Shown: positions 10,716 to 23,239 of the stretch, in pieces | How positions within the stretch are numbered: the stretch's first letter is position 1 | Layout of the letters: each line of letters begins with the position of its first letter | DNA from: Chiloscyllium plagiosum | Taxonomy: Eukaryota | DNA: 47,135 bases | Reading direction: 5' to 3' | Assembly: GCF_004010195.1 (NCBI RefSeq) | Contig: NC_057719.1 | Coordinates: 76,379,939 to 76,427,073, forward strand | The notes under the pieces: generated by a model | What the model was told of the DNA's origin: nothing | What the model saw: the letters and a program-made list of their open reading frames with translations, nothing else | The model's database searches: none | Translations under genes and position numbers: made by a program

Positions 10716-11965
10716 GGGGCAACATGGTGACTCAGTGGTTAACACTGTTGCCTCACAGCACCAGGGACATGGGTTCGATTCTGGCCTTGGGCAACTGTCT
10801 GTGTAGAGTTTGCACTTCCAAACGGACCAAATCATCCACCGACATTTCCGCCACCTCCAAACGGACCAAATCATCTGCCGACATTTCCGCCATTTCCAAA
10901 CGGACCCCCACCACCAGGAACATATTTCCCTCCCCACCCCTATCCACTTTCCACAAATGGAGCTCTGGTCAGGTCCACGCCCCCCTACAGCCCACCCTCC
11001 CGTCCTGGCACCTTCCCCTGCCACCGCACGTATTGCAAAACCTGCGCCCACACCTCCTCCCTCACTTCCATCCAAAGTCCTAAAGGAGTCTTCCACATCC
11101 ATCAAAGTTTTACCTGCACATCCACCAATATCATTTATTGTATCCGTTCCTCCCAATGCGGTCTCCTCTACATTGGAGAGACTGGACGCCTCCTAGCAGA
11201 GCGCTTTAGGGAACATCTCCAGGACACCCGCACCAATCAATCCCACCGCCCTGTGGCCCAACATTTCAACTCCCCCTCCCACTCTGCCAAGGACATGGAG
11301 GTTCTGGGCCTTCTTCACCGCTGCTCCCTCACCATCCGATGCCTGGAGGAAGAACGCCTCATCTTCCATCTGGGAAAACTTCAACCCCACGCCATCAATG
11401 TGGACTTCAACTGTTTCCTCATTTCCCCTTACCCCACCTCACCCCAGCTCCAAACTTCCAGCTCAGCACCGTCCCCATGACTTTCCTACCTGCCTATCTT
11501 CTTTTCCACCTATTCGGTCCGCCCTCCTCCCTGGCCTATCACCTTCATCCCCTCCCCCACTCACTTATTGTACTCTATGCGACTTTCTCCCTACCCCCAC
11601 CCTCCTCTCATTTATCTCTCCACCCTTCAGGTGCTCTGCCTGTATTTCTGATGAAGGGCTTTTGCCCGAAACGTCGATTTTACTGCTCCTCGGATGCTGC
11701 CTGAACTGCTGTGCTTTTCCAGCACCTCTAATCCAGAACCTGGTTTCCAGCATCTGCAGTCATTGTTTTTACCTACATTCTCCCTGTGTCTGTGTAGGTT
11801 TCTTCTCACAGTCCAAAGATATACAGGTCAGGTGAATTAGCCATTCTAAATTGCCATAGTGTTAGGGGTAAATGTAGGGTGGGGGGGGTGTTGCTGTTCA
11901 GAGGGTTGGTGTGGACTTGTTGGGCCAAATGGCCTGTTTCCACACTGTAGATAATCTAATCTAAT
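10716..11965 (+). mobile_element. HE1-type V-SINE split by a PLE insertion (halves 10716-10815 and 11775-11965)
   Basis: The SINE consensus ...gagtttgcac|attctccc... is interrupted exactly at this point and resumes after the PLE. Confidence 0.88.
10816..11774 (+). mobile_element. 5'-truncated Penelope-like element (Neptune-type) with GIY-YIG endonuclease
   Basis: Frame reading PGTFPCHRTYCKTCAH...FTCTSTNIIYCIRSSQCGLLYIGETGRLLAERFREH...PVAQHFNSPSHS...EERLIFHLGKLQPHAINVDF: Cys-rich linker (Cx4Cx2C) plus GIY-YIG (IIY...YIGET, R, H, E, N). The 3' region has a hammerhead-like core at 11646-11677. Confidence 0.92.
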
Positions 11966-13259
11966 GACAGCAAATGCTGACAGTTCTCTATCAAAAGCAT
12001 TGCAAACTATTGCTTCATGTATCATTGGCAAATTTTTGAAAGTTTGGGTTTTTCACAATTCTATGTTGTTGATGAGAATGCAACATTTATAATGTCAGAG
12101 ATAAGCAATTCTTTTCACAAAAATTATGATAATAATGTTTAACAGTAACTTATTTTCTAAATTTATTTATTCATGGGGTGATGACTTAGTTGGCAAGTCC
12201 AGTATTTATTGCCCATCATGAGGTGGCCTTGAGAAGATGACGATTGAACTAACTTCTTGATTCTTTGCAGTCTGTCATTTTTAAATGATGCCAAGGCTTG
12301 GTAAGACTTAAGAGTTAACCCTATTGCTGGGGTTTTGAAATGGCATATAGGTCAGACTGGCTAGGAACAGGTTAATTTCTGCAACATAAGAGAGTAAACT
12401 ATTTTTAATGACAATACTGCAATTTTGAGGTTAGTGCAACATTGTTACTATTACAGACACAAACAATTTTTTATTTCACATGTATTTAATTAACTAAATT
12501 TAAATTCTCTGACTGCTGATCTCACCACTCTGGGTTACTAATCCAGCAACAAAACCGTGTAAACAGTAATCTTAACATTTGGATAAATATTTTTTCTGTT
12601 TTGATTTGTCAATGAGTTAGGAAAAAGAATTTTAAATGTGATTAGACACTGCTTTTAAAGGTTTATTTTGTAAGTAAAGGTTAAGGATGTATAATCAAAA
12701 TATGCCTTTTAATTCCCTGTTCCTATTCAGAAGAGTCAACTATCTATATCAAAGTTGCAACCACAAGAAGGTTTCTGGCAACAATCTGTCTTAATGTGTA
12801 AAAGCTGCCCATTTCTGTCAAGTAAAATGGCGGCATGTAGCATCGAATATTTGAGGGGACATGACATCAACCTTCACTGCCACCATAATTGTATTGGACA
12901 ATACCCTCATTCCCGAAGTACTAGTGACTTGTTTACTCTGCGCTAATCGATTATTTGGAGCATTGAAAGAAATAACAAAATAAGTATGGAGTCCTTAGAG
13001 TTTATCTTTGTTGTTCAATCCCTAGCTCAGAATATTCTGCCTCTCCTGATGTTTGAATGGATGACCACATATAAAGGTTATAGTACCAGCAGGGGGAGCA
13101 AGAGGCAAAGGAAAATTGAAAATGAGTACTCAGGCATTCTGCAGAAATTTATAATGGTAGACTTCACGGTTACAACTCTTGACCTCCTTTCTCATTGACA
13201 GCTAATATTCTATTTTTACCTCACCATCCTCTCCAAAATCCTTCATCAATTGTTGTTTC

Positions 13260-14500
13260 ACAAATTTGTAATACATTAATACATTTGAATCTCTCCATTA
13301 AGCCTTCTACCACTGCCACACAACCCAAACAACCTTAATCCTTGGAGAAAGGCAAAGTTATCCACTTTTAGGCAAACCCATAGATATGGAGATTTTTTGA
13401 AGTAGTGCAAAGTTGGGAAGCGTTGAACTTTGAAGCTACTAATAATCTTAAGGACCAGCGGAATGTTGCTGAACAACGAAACCTCGAAGTGCATGTTCAT
13501 AGTTCCTTGAAAGCGGAGTAACAGGAGAATAGGATGTTGAAGAAGGCATTTAGTACGCTTGCTTTTTTGGGCAGTGCAATGAAAATAGGAGTTGGGAGGT
13601 GATGTTGTGGCTGTGCAGGACATTGGTTAGGTCATCTTTGGAACATTTTGTGCAATTCTGGGCTCCCTCCTACAGGAAGGATGTTGTGAAACTTGAAAGG
13701 GTTCAGAAAAGATTTACAAGGATGTTGTCAGGGTTGGAGGATTTGAGCTATAGGGAGAGGCTGAACAGGCTGGGGCTGTTTTCCCTGGAGCACTGGAGGT
13801 TGAGGGGTGACATTATAGAGGTTTGTAATCATGAGGGGCATGGATAGGATAAATAGACAAGGTCTTTTTCCTGGAAAGGGGGAGTCCAGAACTAGAGGGC
13901 ATAGGTTTAGGGTGAGTGGAGAAAGATTTAAAAGGGACCTAAGGGCAATGTTTTCATGCAGAGGGTGGGGCATGTATGGAATGAGCTGCCAGAGGAAATG
14001 GTGGAGGCTGGTGCAATTACAGCATTTAAAAAGCATCTGGATGGGTATATGAATAGGAAGTATTTAGAGGGGTATGGGCCAAGTGCTGGATAATTGGACT
14101 AAATTAATTTAGGATATCTGGTTGATATGGACAATTTGGACTGAAAGGTCTATTTCCATGCTGTATATCTCAATGACTCTATAACTCTGTGGTATGTTGC
14201 CCTTTACTAAGAGAGGACTTTTATGTAGGAGCAGAGATGTCTTACTGCAATTATGTACAGTCTTGGTGAGACCATGCAGTATTATGTACAGTTTTGATCT
14301 CCATACTTAAGGAAATACATACTTCCCATAGAGAGGTTGCAATAAAGACTCACCACAATACTTCTTGGGAAGGAGGAATTGTCCTGTGAGCAAAGTTTAA
14401 ATTGACTGAGCCTGTATTCCATGGACTTTAGAGGAATGTGAAGTAATCTCATTCAAACAAAGAAAATCCTTACCGGGATGAACAGGGTAGATGCAGGTAA
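13260..14500 (+). mobile_element. CR1 LINE fragments (younger copy ending ~14190 inside an older one)
   Basis: ORFs LCRTLVRSSLEHFVQFWAPSYRKDVVKLERVQKRFTRML...RLGLFSLEHWRLRGD and MRGMDRINRQGLFP...SRTRGHRF. Confidence 0.9.
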
Positions 14501-15118
14501 AGCCTTTCCCCTCTACCATTTCCTTCTCTTGCTTTGGAACCCTCCTTAAGGCAGTATTCCTGTCATCATTCCTGGTATCCCACCTGTGATCATCTTCCTA
14601 ATTTTTCCTAATTACATTTGCACTAAGTGTCCTTGGGATATTTTCCCTTAAATCCCCAATATAAATGTTGCAATTTTGTAGGGAATCTATCTACTGTACA
14701 ATTAATTGTATCACAAATTACATGCCATCTCTAATCTTAAATTTAGAAGGATTACTCACAATCAATATTGCATAAAACATTCTCATTGAGTTTCATTGAA
14801 AGCTTTGTTGGTATCTGTGCCATTTTGTACGATCCTGGCCTACACAAACCAGAGAAATGTTGAATACTGAGTCAGCTTGGAATCAAGCTTTAGATTAGAT
14901 TAGATTACTTATAGTGCTGGGTTTTTGGGTGGGGTGTGGGTTTTGCAGGTTGCACTACAACTGGTCCCAGAATCTATGATTTGTGAGGAAGAAGGAAATC
15001 AGTCAGGCCTGCTGCTTTTATTTGCTGTCTAGTGCACTCCACTTCTGACTTTGCAAGACTTGCATGTGATGGCCTCCATTATAAAATAGCTCATGATGCT
15101 AAATATCTAGGCTTATCA

Positions 15119-15447
15119 GGGAGGTGATGGCCTTGTGGCGTTATCACTGGACTATTAATCCAGAGACTCCAGTAATGTCCTGGAGACTAGCATTCAAATC
15201 CCGCCAAGGCAGAATTCAATGAAGAAAGTATCTGGAATTAAGACTCTAATGGTGACCATGAATCCATTTTGAAATGTTGGAAAAACCCGGTCAGGTTCAC
15301 GAATGCCCTTTAGGGAAAGAAGTTGCCATCTTTACCTGGTCTGACCTACATGTGACTTCAGACCCACAGCAATGTGATTGACTCTTAAATTAGGGATGGA
15401 CAATAAATGCTGGCCTAATCAGTGACACTCTCACCCCATGAATGAGT
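15119..15447 (+). mobile_element. tRNA-derived SINE (non-HE1 family)
   Basis: Degenerate A/B boxes (tggccttgtgg; attcaaatcc). The body recurs at about 10490-10635. The 3' end (caataaatgctggcc...catgaatga) matches the tail of the old LINE at 21939. Confidence 0.7.
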
Positions 15448-15779
15448 AATACTAATGAAGGACATTGAATCATGTCAGCAAGTGAGAGCATCCAATAGAG
15501 GACACAATGGAAAAAATGTTGTATAAATTATATATTGCATTTTTAAATTTGACCAGCTTGTCATCTCACCAAAGATTCTCATGCTCAATTTCTAACTGAG
15601 TTTATTGTTTCTGAAAGATAAAAGGAGTTTTCTGATTCAGTACGCACCTAGATGCTGCATTAAAAGAACAAAGCTATTCGGCAACACAGAAAACACAGAC
15701 CGAAAGTGCTTATCACAAAATTTTATCCTATTATTTAACAAAATTGCTGTTGACCAAAGTCTGACTTTTTGTTCCAAAG

Positions 15780-15892
15780 GTTTGGTCATGTCCTTGTGGG
15801 AACAATCTCCGGAAAAGAGGCAGAGTTTGTGGAATCCCTGAGTCCTGAGGAAATAGCGTCAAATTTCACCAAACTTTTCAGACAATTTACTG
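15780..15892 (+). CDS. Polyamine oxidase-like gene, exon (PAOX exon 5 equivalent, 113 nt)
   Basis: tttttgttccaaag|G acceptor and ACT G|gtatga donor. Encodes FGHVLVGTISGKEAEFVESLSPEEIASNFTKLFRQFTG. This frame is not in the ORF track. Confidence 0.9.
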
Positions 15893-16416
15893 GTATGAAT
15901 TTGGAACTTTGAGGAATCTATTTATTTATGGGATAGAACTATCAGAATAAACAGATTGGATGGGCTCACGGTCAACTAACTTTTATAAACCAACATGTAT
16001 GATAATAATTCTCAATCGAAGCTTCACCAATGTCCAATCTTGACATTAAATTAGAAAAATGTCAGCAGGTGTCAAACATTTCTAATGGGGCTTCTTTGTC
16101 TCATTGCACTTTCACTTAACCCATTGTCTCTTTTGTCACTCAACCACTCCTGCCCTCCATCCTATTATAGATCTTCCCTTTTGTACTTAATCAGCTCCAT
16201 GCTTTCATTCCGATGTTCCATTTGGTTAATAGTTGTCCACCTCTAACATTTCCCAATTCTGTTGAAAGATGAACTCTGTTTAGATGGTGCCAGTCTGTTG
16301 CCAGCACTTTTTGCCTTTATGGCATAAATGCAGTATCTGGAATATGATTTTGGCAGTAATTATTTGGGCATTTTTTTTGTGAGGTCTACTTTAACTACCA
16401 TTGTAATATTTCCTAG

Positions 16417-16580
16417 GGAGACCTTCACTGCCTGCACCAAAAAATGCTTTTGTGACAAAGTGGTTCAGTAACCCTTACACTCGGGGTTCCTACTCCCACA
16501 TATCCATCGATTCAACTGGAGACATGATTGACACACTGGCTGAACCCTTACCACAGGCAAAAGAGGGAACTTCTTCTCCG
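16417..16580 (+). CDS. Polyamine oxidase-like gene, exon (PAOX exon 6 equivalent)
   Basis: tttcctag|GG acceptor and CCG|gtaagt donor. Encodes GRPSLPAPKNAFVTKWFSNPYTRGSYSHISIDSTGDMIDTLAEPLPQAKEGTSSP (W-x-SNPYTRGSYS motif). Confidence 0.93.
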
Positions 16581-16767
16581 GTAAGTCTCACTGTTTAACA
16601 GTCTGACATGAAGATTGATGTATCATTCTTAGAATTCTAAATAACCAAACAGTTTACTCATATTAGTAAGGTGTACTTCTATCTCCCTCCAGCCTTCTTT
16701 AAGTTTTAGACCAGGAGCAGGAGTACACTTTCTGGGCCTCCAATACTCGACACAAGTGGCTATTCTT

Positions 16768-17090
16768 GTGGGCGGCACGGTGGCACAGTGGTTAGCACTG
16801 CTGCCTCGCAGCGCCAGAGACCCGGGTTCAATTCCCGACTCAGGCGACTGACTGTGTGGAGTTTGCACGTTCTCCCCGTGTCTGCGTGGGTTTCCTCCGG
16901 GGGCTCCGGTTTCCTCCCACAGTCACAAAGATGTGCAAGTCAGGTGAATTGGCCATGCTAAATTGCCCGTAGTGTTAGGTAAAGGGGTAAATGTAGGGGT
17001 ATGGGTGGGTTACGCTTCGGCGGGTCGGTGTGGACTTGTTGGGCCGAAGGGCCTGTTTCCACACTGTAAGTAATCTAATCTAATCTAATC
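16768..17090 (+). mobile_element. HE1-type V-SINE, full-length young copy
   Basis: A box TGGCACAGTGG, B box GGTTCAATTCC, V-domain, many intact CpGs and an (aatct)n tail. Confidence 0.95.
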
Positions 17091-17579
17091 TTTCTTAATA
17101 TCTAAGACATAGCAGAAAATCAATGTAAACCAATCAACTGAGCCCAGTCTTATTCTAACTCAGTGTTCACACATGTGTATTATATGGAACAGGAGTCACA
17201 GAATAGGAAACACAAGAGAGAATCCCGTTCAGCTGGTCTGCTCACAGATCTCTAACCTGCAGTGTAAAGATTCAATGTTAATATATAATAGGATAGTCTA
17301 CATCATTAATGATGTAAATTCACAAGTATCAGAACTATTGAGGGGTGGTTCTATGTCAAGCCTTGCATAAGTATAATTAAAAGCCAATTTTCAATGAAAC
17401 CTTATGTTTACCAACAGCGAAAATACCACACTCACTATCACACACAATTGCAAACATAAATAGATAGTGATAGCGGATAATGGAGACTATAGAAATACAT
17501 CACAGTAATGCTGGCCTCTGGATTCTTTACAGAATGTAGGAAATGTAGGCAGGGTTATGTTCATCAACAATTCATGGTT

Positions 17580-19720
17580 TCTAAGAGAAATAAATTATGA
17601 ATAGTGGAGCAAAGAGAGGGCATGAAAAAAACACTGGAGACTAAGATTAGCGAAAATACCAAAATATTCTTTAAGTGTATTAAGGGGAAAAGTGTAATCA
17701 GGGAAAGAGTATGCCCAATAGGGACCAAAGGAGCAATCTGTGTGTTGAGCCAGAGGACATTACTTGAGTGTTAAATAAATAATTCACATCTGTCTTCACT
17801 TTGGGAACTGAGGATGTAGGCACACAATTCAGGAAGAGGGACTGTGAGTTTCTTGAGCAATTTGGCATAGGAAATGGCAAGGTATTGGAAGTGTTGGCAG
17901 TCTTAAAGTTGAACCAATCACCAGCTCCAGATGACTTGTAACCCAGGCTGCTGTGAGAGATGAGAGAGGACATTATAGGGGCTCCAAACCAAATTTTTGA
18001 TTCTTCCCTGGACACAGCGAAGGACAGCCAATGTGGTTCTACTTTTCAAGAAGGGTGGTAGAGAGAAGCCAAGGAATTATATACCCATGAACCCATGAAA
18101 TAGTGGTGGGGAAACTATTGGAAAAAACTCTAAAGGAGGGAATTGATATCTACTTGGAGTGGCAAGGTTTGAACAGGGATAGTCAGCATGGCTTTGTTAG
18201 AAGGAGGTCATGCCTAATAATTTTGAGTTAACTTTTCAAGGAGGTAATCAGTTGTGTAGATGAGGGTAGTAAAATTGATGTAGGTTATATGGATTTCACA
18301 AAGCCTTTGATAAGGTCCCACATGGGAGACTGATAAAAAGGTTAAAAGCATATAGGATCCAGGGTAATTGGGCAAGCTGGATTGGCATAGCAGTAAGAAA
18401 CAGAGGGTAGCGATAGAAGATTGTTTATATGACTGGAGGTCAGTGTGCAATGAGATACAATAGGGATCTGTGCTGGGTCCCTTTAGTATGAGGAAGTCCA
18501 AAATTAGAAGACATAGGTTTAAGGTGAGAGGGGAAAGATTTAAAAGGGACCTGAGGGATAACTTTTTCATGCAGAGGTTGGTGCATGTATGGAATGAACT
18601 GCCAGAGGAAGTGATGGTGGCTGGTACAATTACAACATTTAAAAGGCATCTGGGTGGGTATATGAATAGGAGGGGTTTGGAGGGATATAGACCAAATGCT
18701 GGCAAATGGGGCTAGGTCAGATTGGAATGTCTGGTCGGTGTGGATGAGTTGGACCGAAGGGTCTGTTCCTGTGTTGTATGACTCTGTGACTCCTCATACG
18801 TAAGCAATATAGATGAGAATGTGGGTAGATGATAAGTAAGGTTATAGATGGCATGAAAATTAGCCAGGTGTTTAATAGTCTTAGGTTGTAGGAAGATATA
18901 GATGGGTTGGTCAGTGGGCAGATGAGTGGCAGATAGAATTTAATCCTTAAAAGTGTAAAATGATGCACTTTAGAAGAAGACAAGGGAGTACTCAATGAAT
19001 GACGGAGCATTAGAAAGCTCAGAGGAACAGAAAGATCTTGTGGTGCTCATCTGTGAAGGCAAGACTAGTTAATAGAGTAGTTCAGACAGCTTACAGGACA
19101 CTTGGCTTTATCAGTAATGGCGTAGACAATAAGAACAGGGAAGTTATGTTGGAGTTGTTCAAAACTTAAGTTAGGCCATGACTGGAGAACTAGGTGCACT
19201 TTGGGTCACCACACTATAGGAAGGATATGATTATGCTAGAAGGAGTACAGAGGATGTTCACCAAGGTGTTGTCATGGTGGGAGCGGTTTAGTTATGAAGA
19301 AAGGCAGGATAAGGTCAGGTTGTTTTCTTCAGAACAATAAAAGCTGGAGGGGACCTCATTAAGGTCCATAAGACAAAGTGGGGGGACAGAGTGGATAGAA
19401 ACCAACAGTTCCCCTTAATTTAGGGGTCGATAACAAGGAGGCACAATTTAAAGGTGAAAGGCAAGAGGTTTATAGGGGACCTGAGGCATTTATTTTCACC
19501 CAGAAAGTGCTGGGAATCTGAAATGCATAACCTGGAAGAGTAGTTGAGGAGAGAAACCTGACAACCTTTAGGAAGTACTTTGATGAGCGCTTTAAGTGTC
19601 ACAACATTGAAGGATATGGGCCATGTGCTGGAAAGTGGGATTAGTAGATTTAGTGTAGATTTTAATGGTGCAGACTCGATGGGTTGAAGAGCCTCTTTGG
19701 TAGTGTATGATTCTATGAAT
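17580..19720 (+). mobile_element. Degenerate CR1 LINE ORF2/RT with a younger CR1 3' end nested at ~18488-18790
   Basis: Decayed RT motifs at about 18280-18335 (YMDFxKAFDKVPHGRL with a frameshift) and about 18464 (GSVLGP). CR1 tail at about 19710. Confidence 0.85.
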
Positions 19721-20455
19721 CATAGCAGTTTTTGTAGTGATTGTGCTCCCAGAATGTTAATGATGGGAAATGCCATTGCATTGACGCAGTAGTGATAAAG
19801 GAATGTATCCAAGTCAGGATCATATATGGCTTAGATGGTCTCTTGCAGTTGATGGTCTTCAATTCATTTAATGCAAAGTAAAGACTTAAACTTAATGGTT
19901 TTTTTTGCTAGGTTTAATAACTTTCTGAACATCCAATGAATATTTTCTCTGTCATAATGTTCAAAGCTTCTGTAAAATGCTGCATGTATATCCAGGGATA
20001 ATCTTACCAACTAAATACATTTAGCTGTTATAGATGTATGTAAGCACAGTGTAGATGTGAATGCGATTCTCTCTAACCTACTCCTGAAGGCTCCTGGTTG
20101 TTGTTCTTCAATAGGATGTCATGCACAAGTAGTTGTTATTCATATTACAAATATTGGTCACAGCTGTATTGATAATGAAAATAACTTAGTAATATCCAAA
20201 ATAAACACAAAGTACTGTAAATGCTGAAAATCTGAAACAAAAACAGACTGCTGGAGGCTACAAATGAGATATGTTAGCTGAAGATGTGGTATTGAGGCCT
20301 CTATTAAACAATTAGACTGATCGCTTGTTGCATGGTAAATGGAAAATATTGCACTCACTCCAATATTGTCATCCCTCATGCTGATGAATCTACGTTATAC
20401 AAATCATGAAAAATGCTTAGCTGTTGCAACTTAAATCATGTCCCTCTGATTCTAG

Positions 20456-20578
<123 letters not shown>

Positions 20579-20819
20579 ATTTCTAAAACGGATGGAGAAC
20601 TGAAATTTGGAATACTTGCTACTTTTCCAATTCTTTGATTGCTGTCATTTTTTCAAGCAAACCCCTTTAATAAGAAAACAGTCAATTGCATACAAGATAT
20701 TAGATCTTTTCGCAAATTGTTAGATTTTAAAATATTTTCAGTACAATGATATTTTAAACTAAATCATATCAAATTCATCAATCTCCTTTATATATGATTG
20801 TTCCGGTGAACTTAATGAT

Positions 20820-20825
20820 AATAAA
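20820..20825 (+). promoter_or_regulatory. Candidate polyadenylation signal of the polyamine oxidase-like gene
   Basis: First AATAAA I found after the stop codon (about 240 nt downstream). Another lies at 21749-21754. The region is AT-rich, so this is not discriminating. Confidence 0.35.
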
Positions 20826-22064
20826 TCTAAGTAGGAATTTGACCATATAGTTCAGACTGATTTCCGTGAGGAAAAAAAACCTTCTACTCAAAGAGTGATG
20901 GATATCAGAAATAATCTTTCAAATCAGTTGCAGGAAGGACAAAAAAAAAGATCAACTGCAAATGTGATGCTCTGATGGAGAAGTTAGTGGACTTGAAAAA
21001 TCATCTATTGTAAATCCAAAGTTTTCTCTTGTCTCTCTCAGCCCATCATTCTTCTTACTTACATTTATGTAGAGAATTGATTTTGTTCTCGGACAGCCCT
21101 TGGCTCTCCCTAATGTTTTAAATATCTATACACGTAGGCAGGGCAGTGTGCGTAACATTTCATGACCAACTGATTGCAACTGTGACAGCCTACTTACTTA
21201 ATATTTGAAGTTACAAAAGCATTTCATTCAGAAATTAAAATAATAGTTCTAGGCTGCCTTAGTTAAATGCAACCAAATAGAACAAATATTTTAAATATTG
21301 TGCTGCAGTGAATTGGAAATAACTAAATTCCCTGTTGAGATTCTGATATGTGTGCAGTGAATATGCCTGCATTTATAAACAGTCTAAAGAAAGAACCATT
21401 AGCTTCCACAGAAAACTTAAGGCATCCAACACACTCCACTCTCACCATACTCTTCCTCTTCACCAAGATTTCAGGCATGGTTTCTGAGAAGAATTTGAAT
21501 AATGGCTCTTAATCTTTCTAAAGATAAAGAAAATTGCTGTTTCATTGATCTATTTCTAAGGTGTATCTGGTTTCTGCGCGTTGGTGAATGTTATCCAGAA
21601 TTTGAGTTCGATTAGACAGAAACCTCTTCTACCAATGGATCATTGGAAAAACCTTCAAGCCTACAGACAACAAGTGCAAAACTCTTGCCAGAGATACAAA
21701 ATCAAATTAACTTAAGAATTTGATTAGTGCTTAGTTGAAGAAATCCAAAATAAAATCATTATAAATTGCCAAATATGTCACCTCAAATCTCTCTACTCTC
21801 TGAACCCTGCTTTTTTACTCACTTACTATCGTTGTTAAAATGCTAAACGTTAGTAATACACAATGAACAGACATGTTTATGTAAGAATCCTTCTTTTTGA
21901 AAACTGCTCTTTCATTCTCACTCTCCTCATTCTTATACATTCATGGGATGTGTGTATCACTGGCTAAGGCATTTATTGCCCAAATCTAATTGCCCTCGAG
22001 GGATGGCAGCAAAGTGCTATGTTCCTTGGGGTGCAGGTACATCTACAGTACTGTTAGGGTGATA

Positions 22065-23239
22065 CAAAGTTAAAAATCATACAACACCAGGTTATAGAGT
22101 CATAGAGATGCACAGCATGGAAACAGACCCTTCGGTCCAACCCATCCATGCTGACCAGCTATCCCAACCCAATCTAGTTCCACCTACCAGCATCCAGCCC
22201 ATATCCCTCCAAACCCTTCCTATTCATATACCCATCCAAATGCCTATTAAATGTTGCAATTGTACCAGCCTCCACCACTTCCTCTGGCAGCTCATTCCAT
22301 ACCCATACCACCCTCTGCGTGAAAAAGTTGCCCCTTAAGTCTCTTTTAAATCTTTCCCCTCTCACCTAAACCTATGCCCTCTAGTTCTGGACTCACTTTG
22401 TCTATTTATCCTATCCATGCCCTTCATGATTTTATAAACCTCTACAAAGTCACCCCTCAGCCTCCAACACTCCAGGGAAAAGAGCCCCAGCATGTTCAGC
22501 CTCTCCCTATAGCTCAAATCCTCCAACCCTGGCAACATCCTTGTAAATCTTTTCGGAACCCTTTCAAGTTTCATAACATCTTTCTGATAGGAAGGAGACC
22601 AGAATTGCACGCAATATTCCAACAGTGGTCTAACCAATGTCCCGTACAGCTGCAATATGGTTTCCCAACTCCTGTACTCAATACACTGACTAATAAAGCA
22701 TACCAAATGCCTTCTTCGCTATCCTATCTAGCTGCAACTCCACTTTCAAGGAGCTATGAACCTGCACTCCAAGGTCTCTTTGTTCAGCTGGGTCTCTGGT
22801 TTCCTCTCATAGTCCAAAGATGTGCAAATTAGGTGGATTGTCTATGCTAATAGTCCAACAGGTTTAATTAGAAGCACTAGCTTTCGGAGCGCTGCTCCTT
22901 CATCAGGTGTTGTAGAGTACACAATTGTAAGACACCGAATTTATCGCAAAAGTTTACACTGCAAGTTAACTGAAATTATATATTGAAAAATACCTTGATT
23001 GTTTGTTAAGTCTCTCATCTGTTAGAATGACCATGTTAGTTTCACTTCTTTCATATGTAAATCACAAACCTTTTTTGAAAAGTTAACATTCTCAGGTTAA
23101 CTTTAACCACCTGAAGGTTTATTTGGAAGCACTCTGAAAGCTCGTGCTTCCAAATAAACCTGTTGGAATTTAACCTGGTGTTGTGTGATTTTTTAACTTG
23201 GTACACCCCTGTCCAACACCGGCATCTCTAAATCATGGC
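22065..23239. mobile_element. Composite tail-out inverted PLE insertion (family B)
   Basis: Minus-oriented arm 22065-22097 plus 22850-~23100 and plus-oriented arm ~23108-23239, flanked by direct repeat TAGGGTGATA at 22055-22064 and 23240-23249. Confidence 0.8.
22098..22788 (-). mobile_element. CR1 LINE 3' fragment nested in the PLE
   Basis: ORFs FISQCIEYRSWETILQLYGTLVRPLLEYCVQFWSP...SRTRGHRFR and RGERFKRDLRGNFFTQRVVWVWNELP. Confidence 0.92.

Noticed and set aside
10817..10906. Regularly spaced 12-bp repeats resembling a CRISPR array
   Set aside because: The intervening segments are near-identical, so it is a tandem duplication inside a eukaryotic retroelement; no cas genes.
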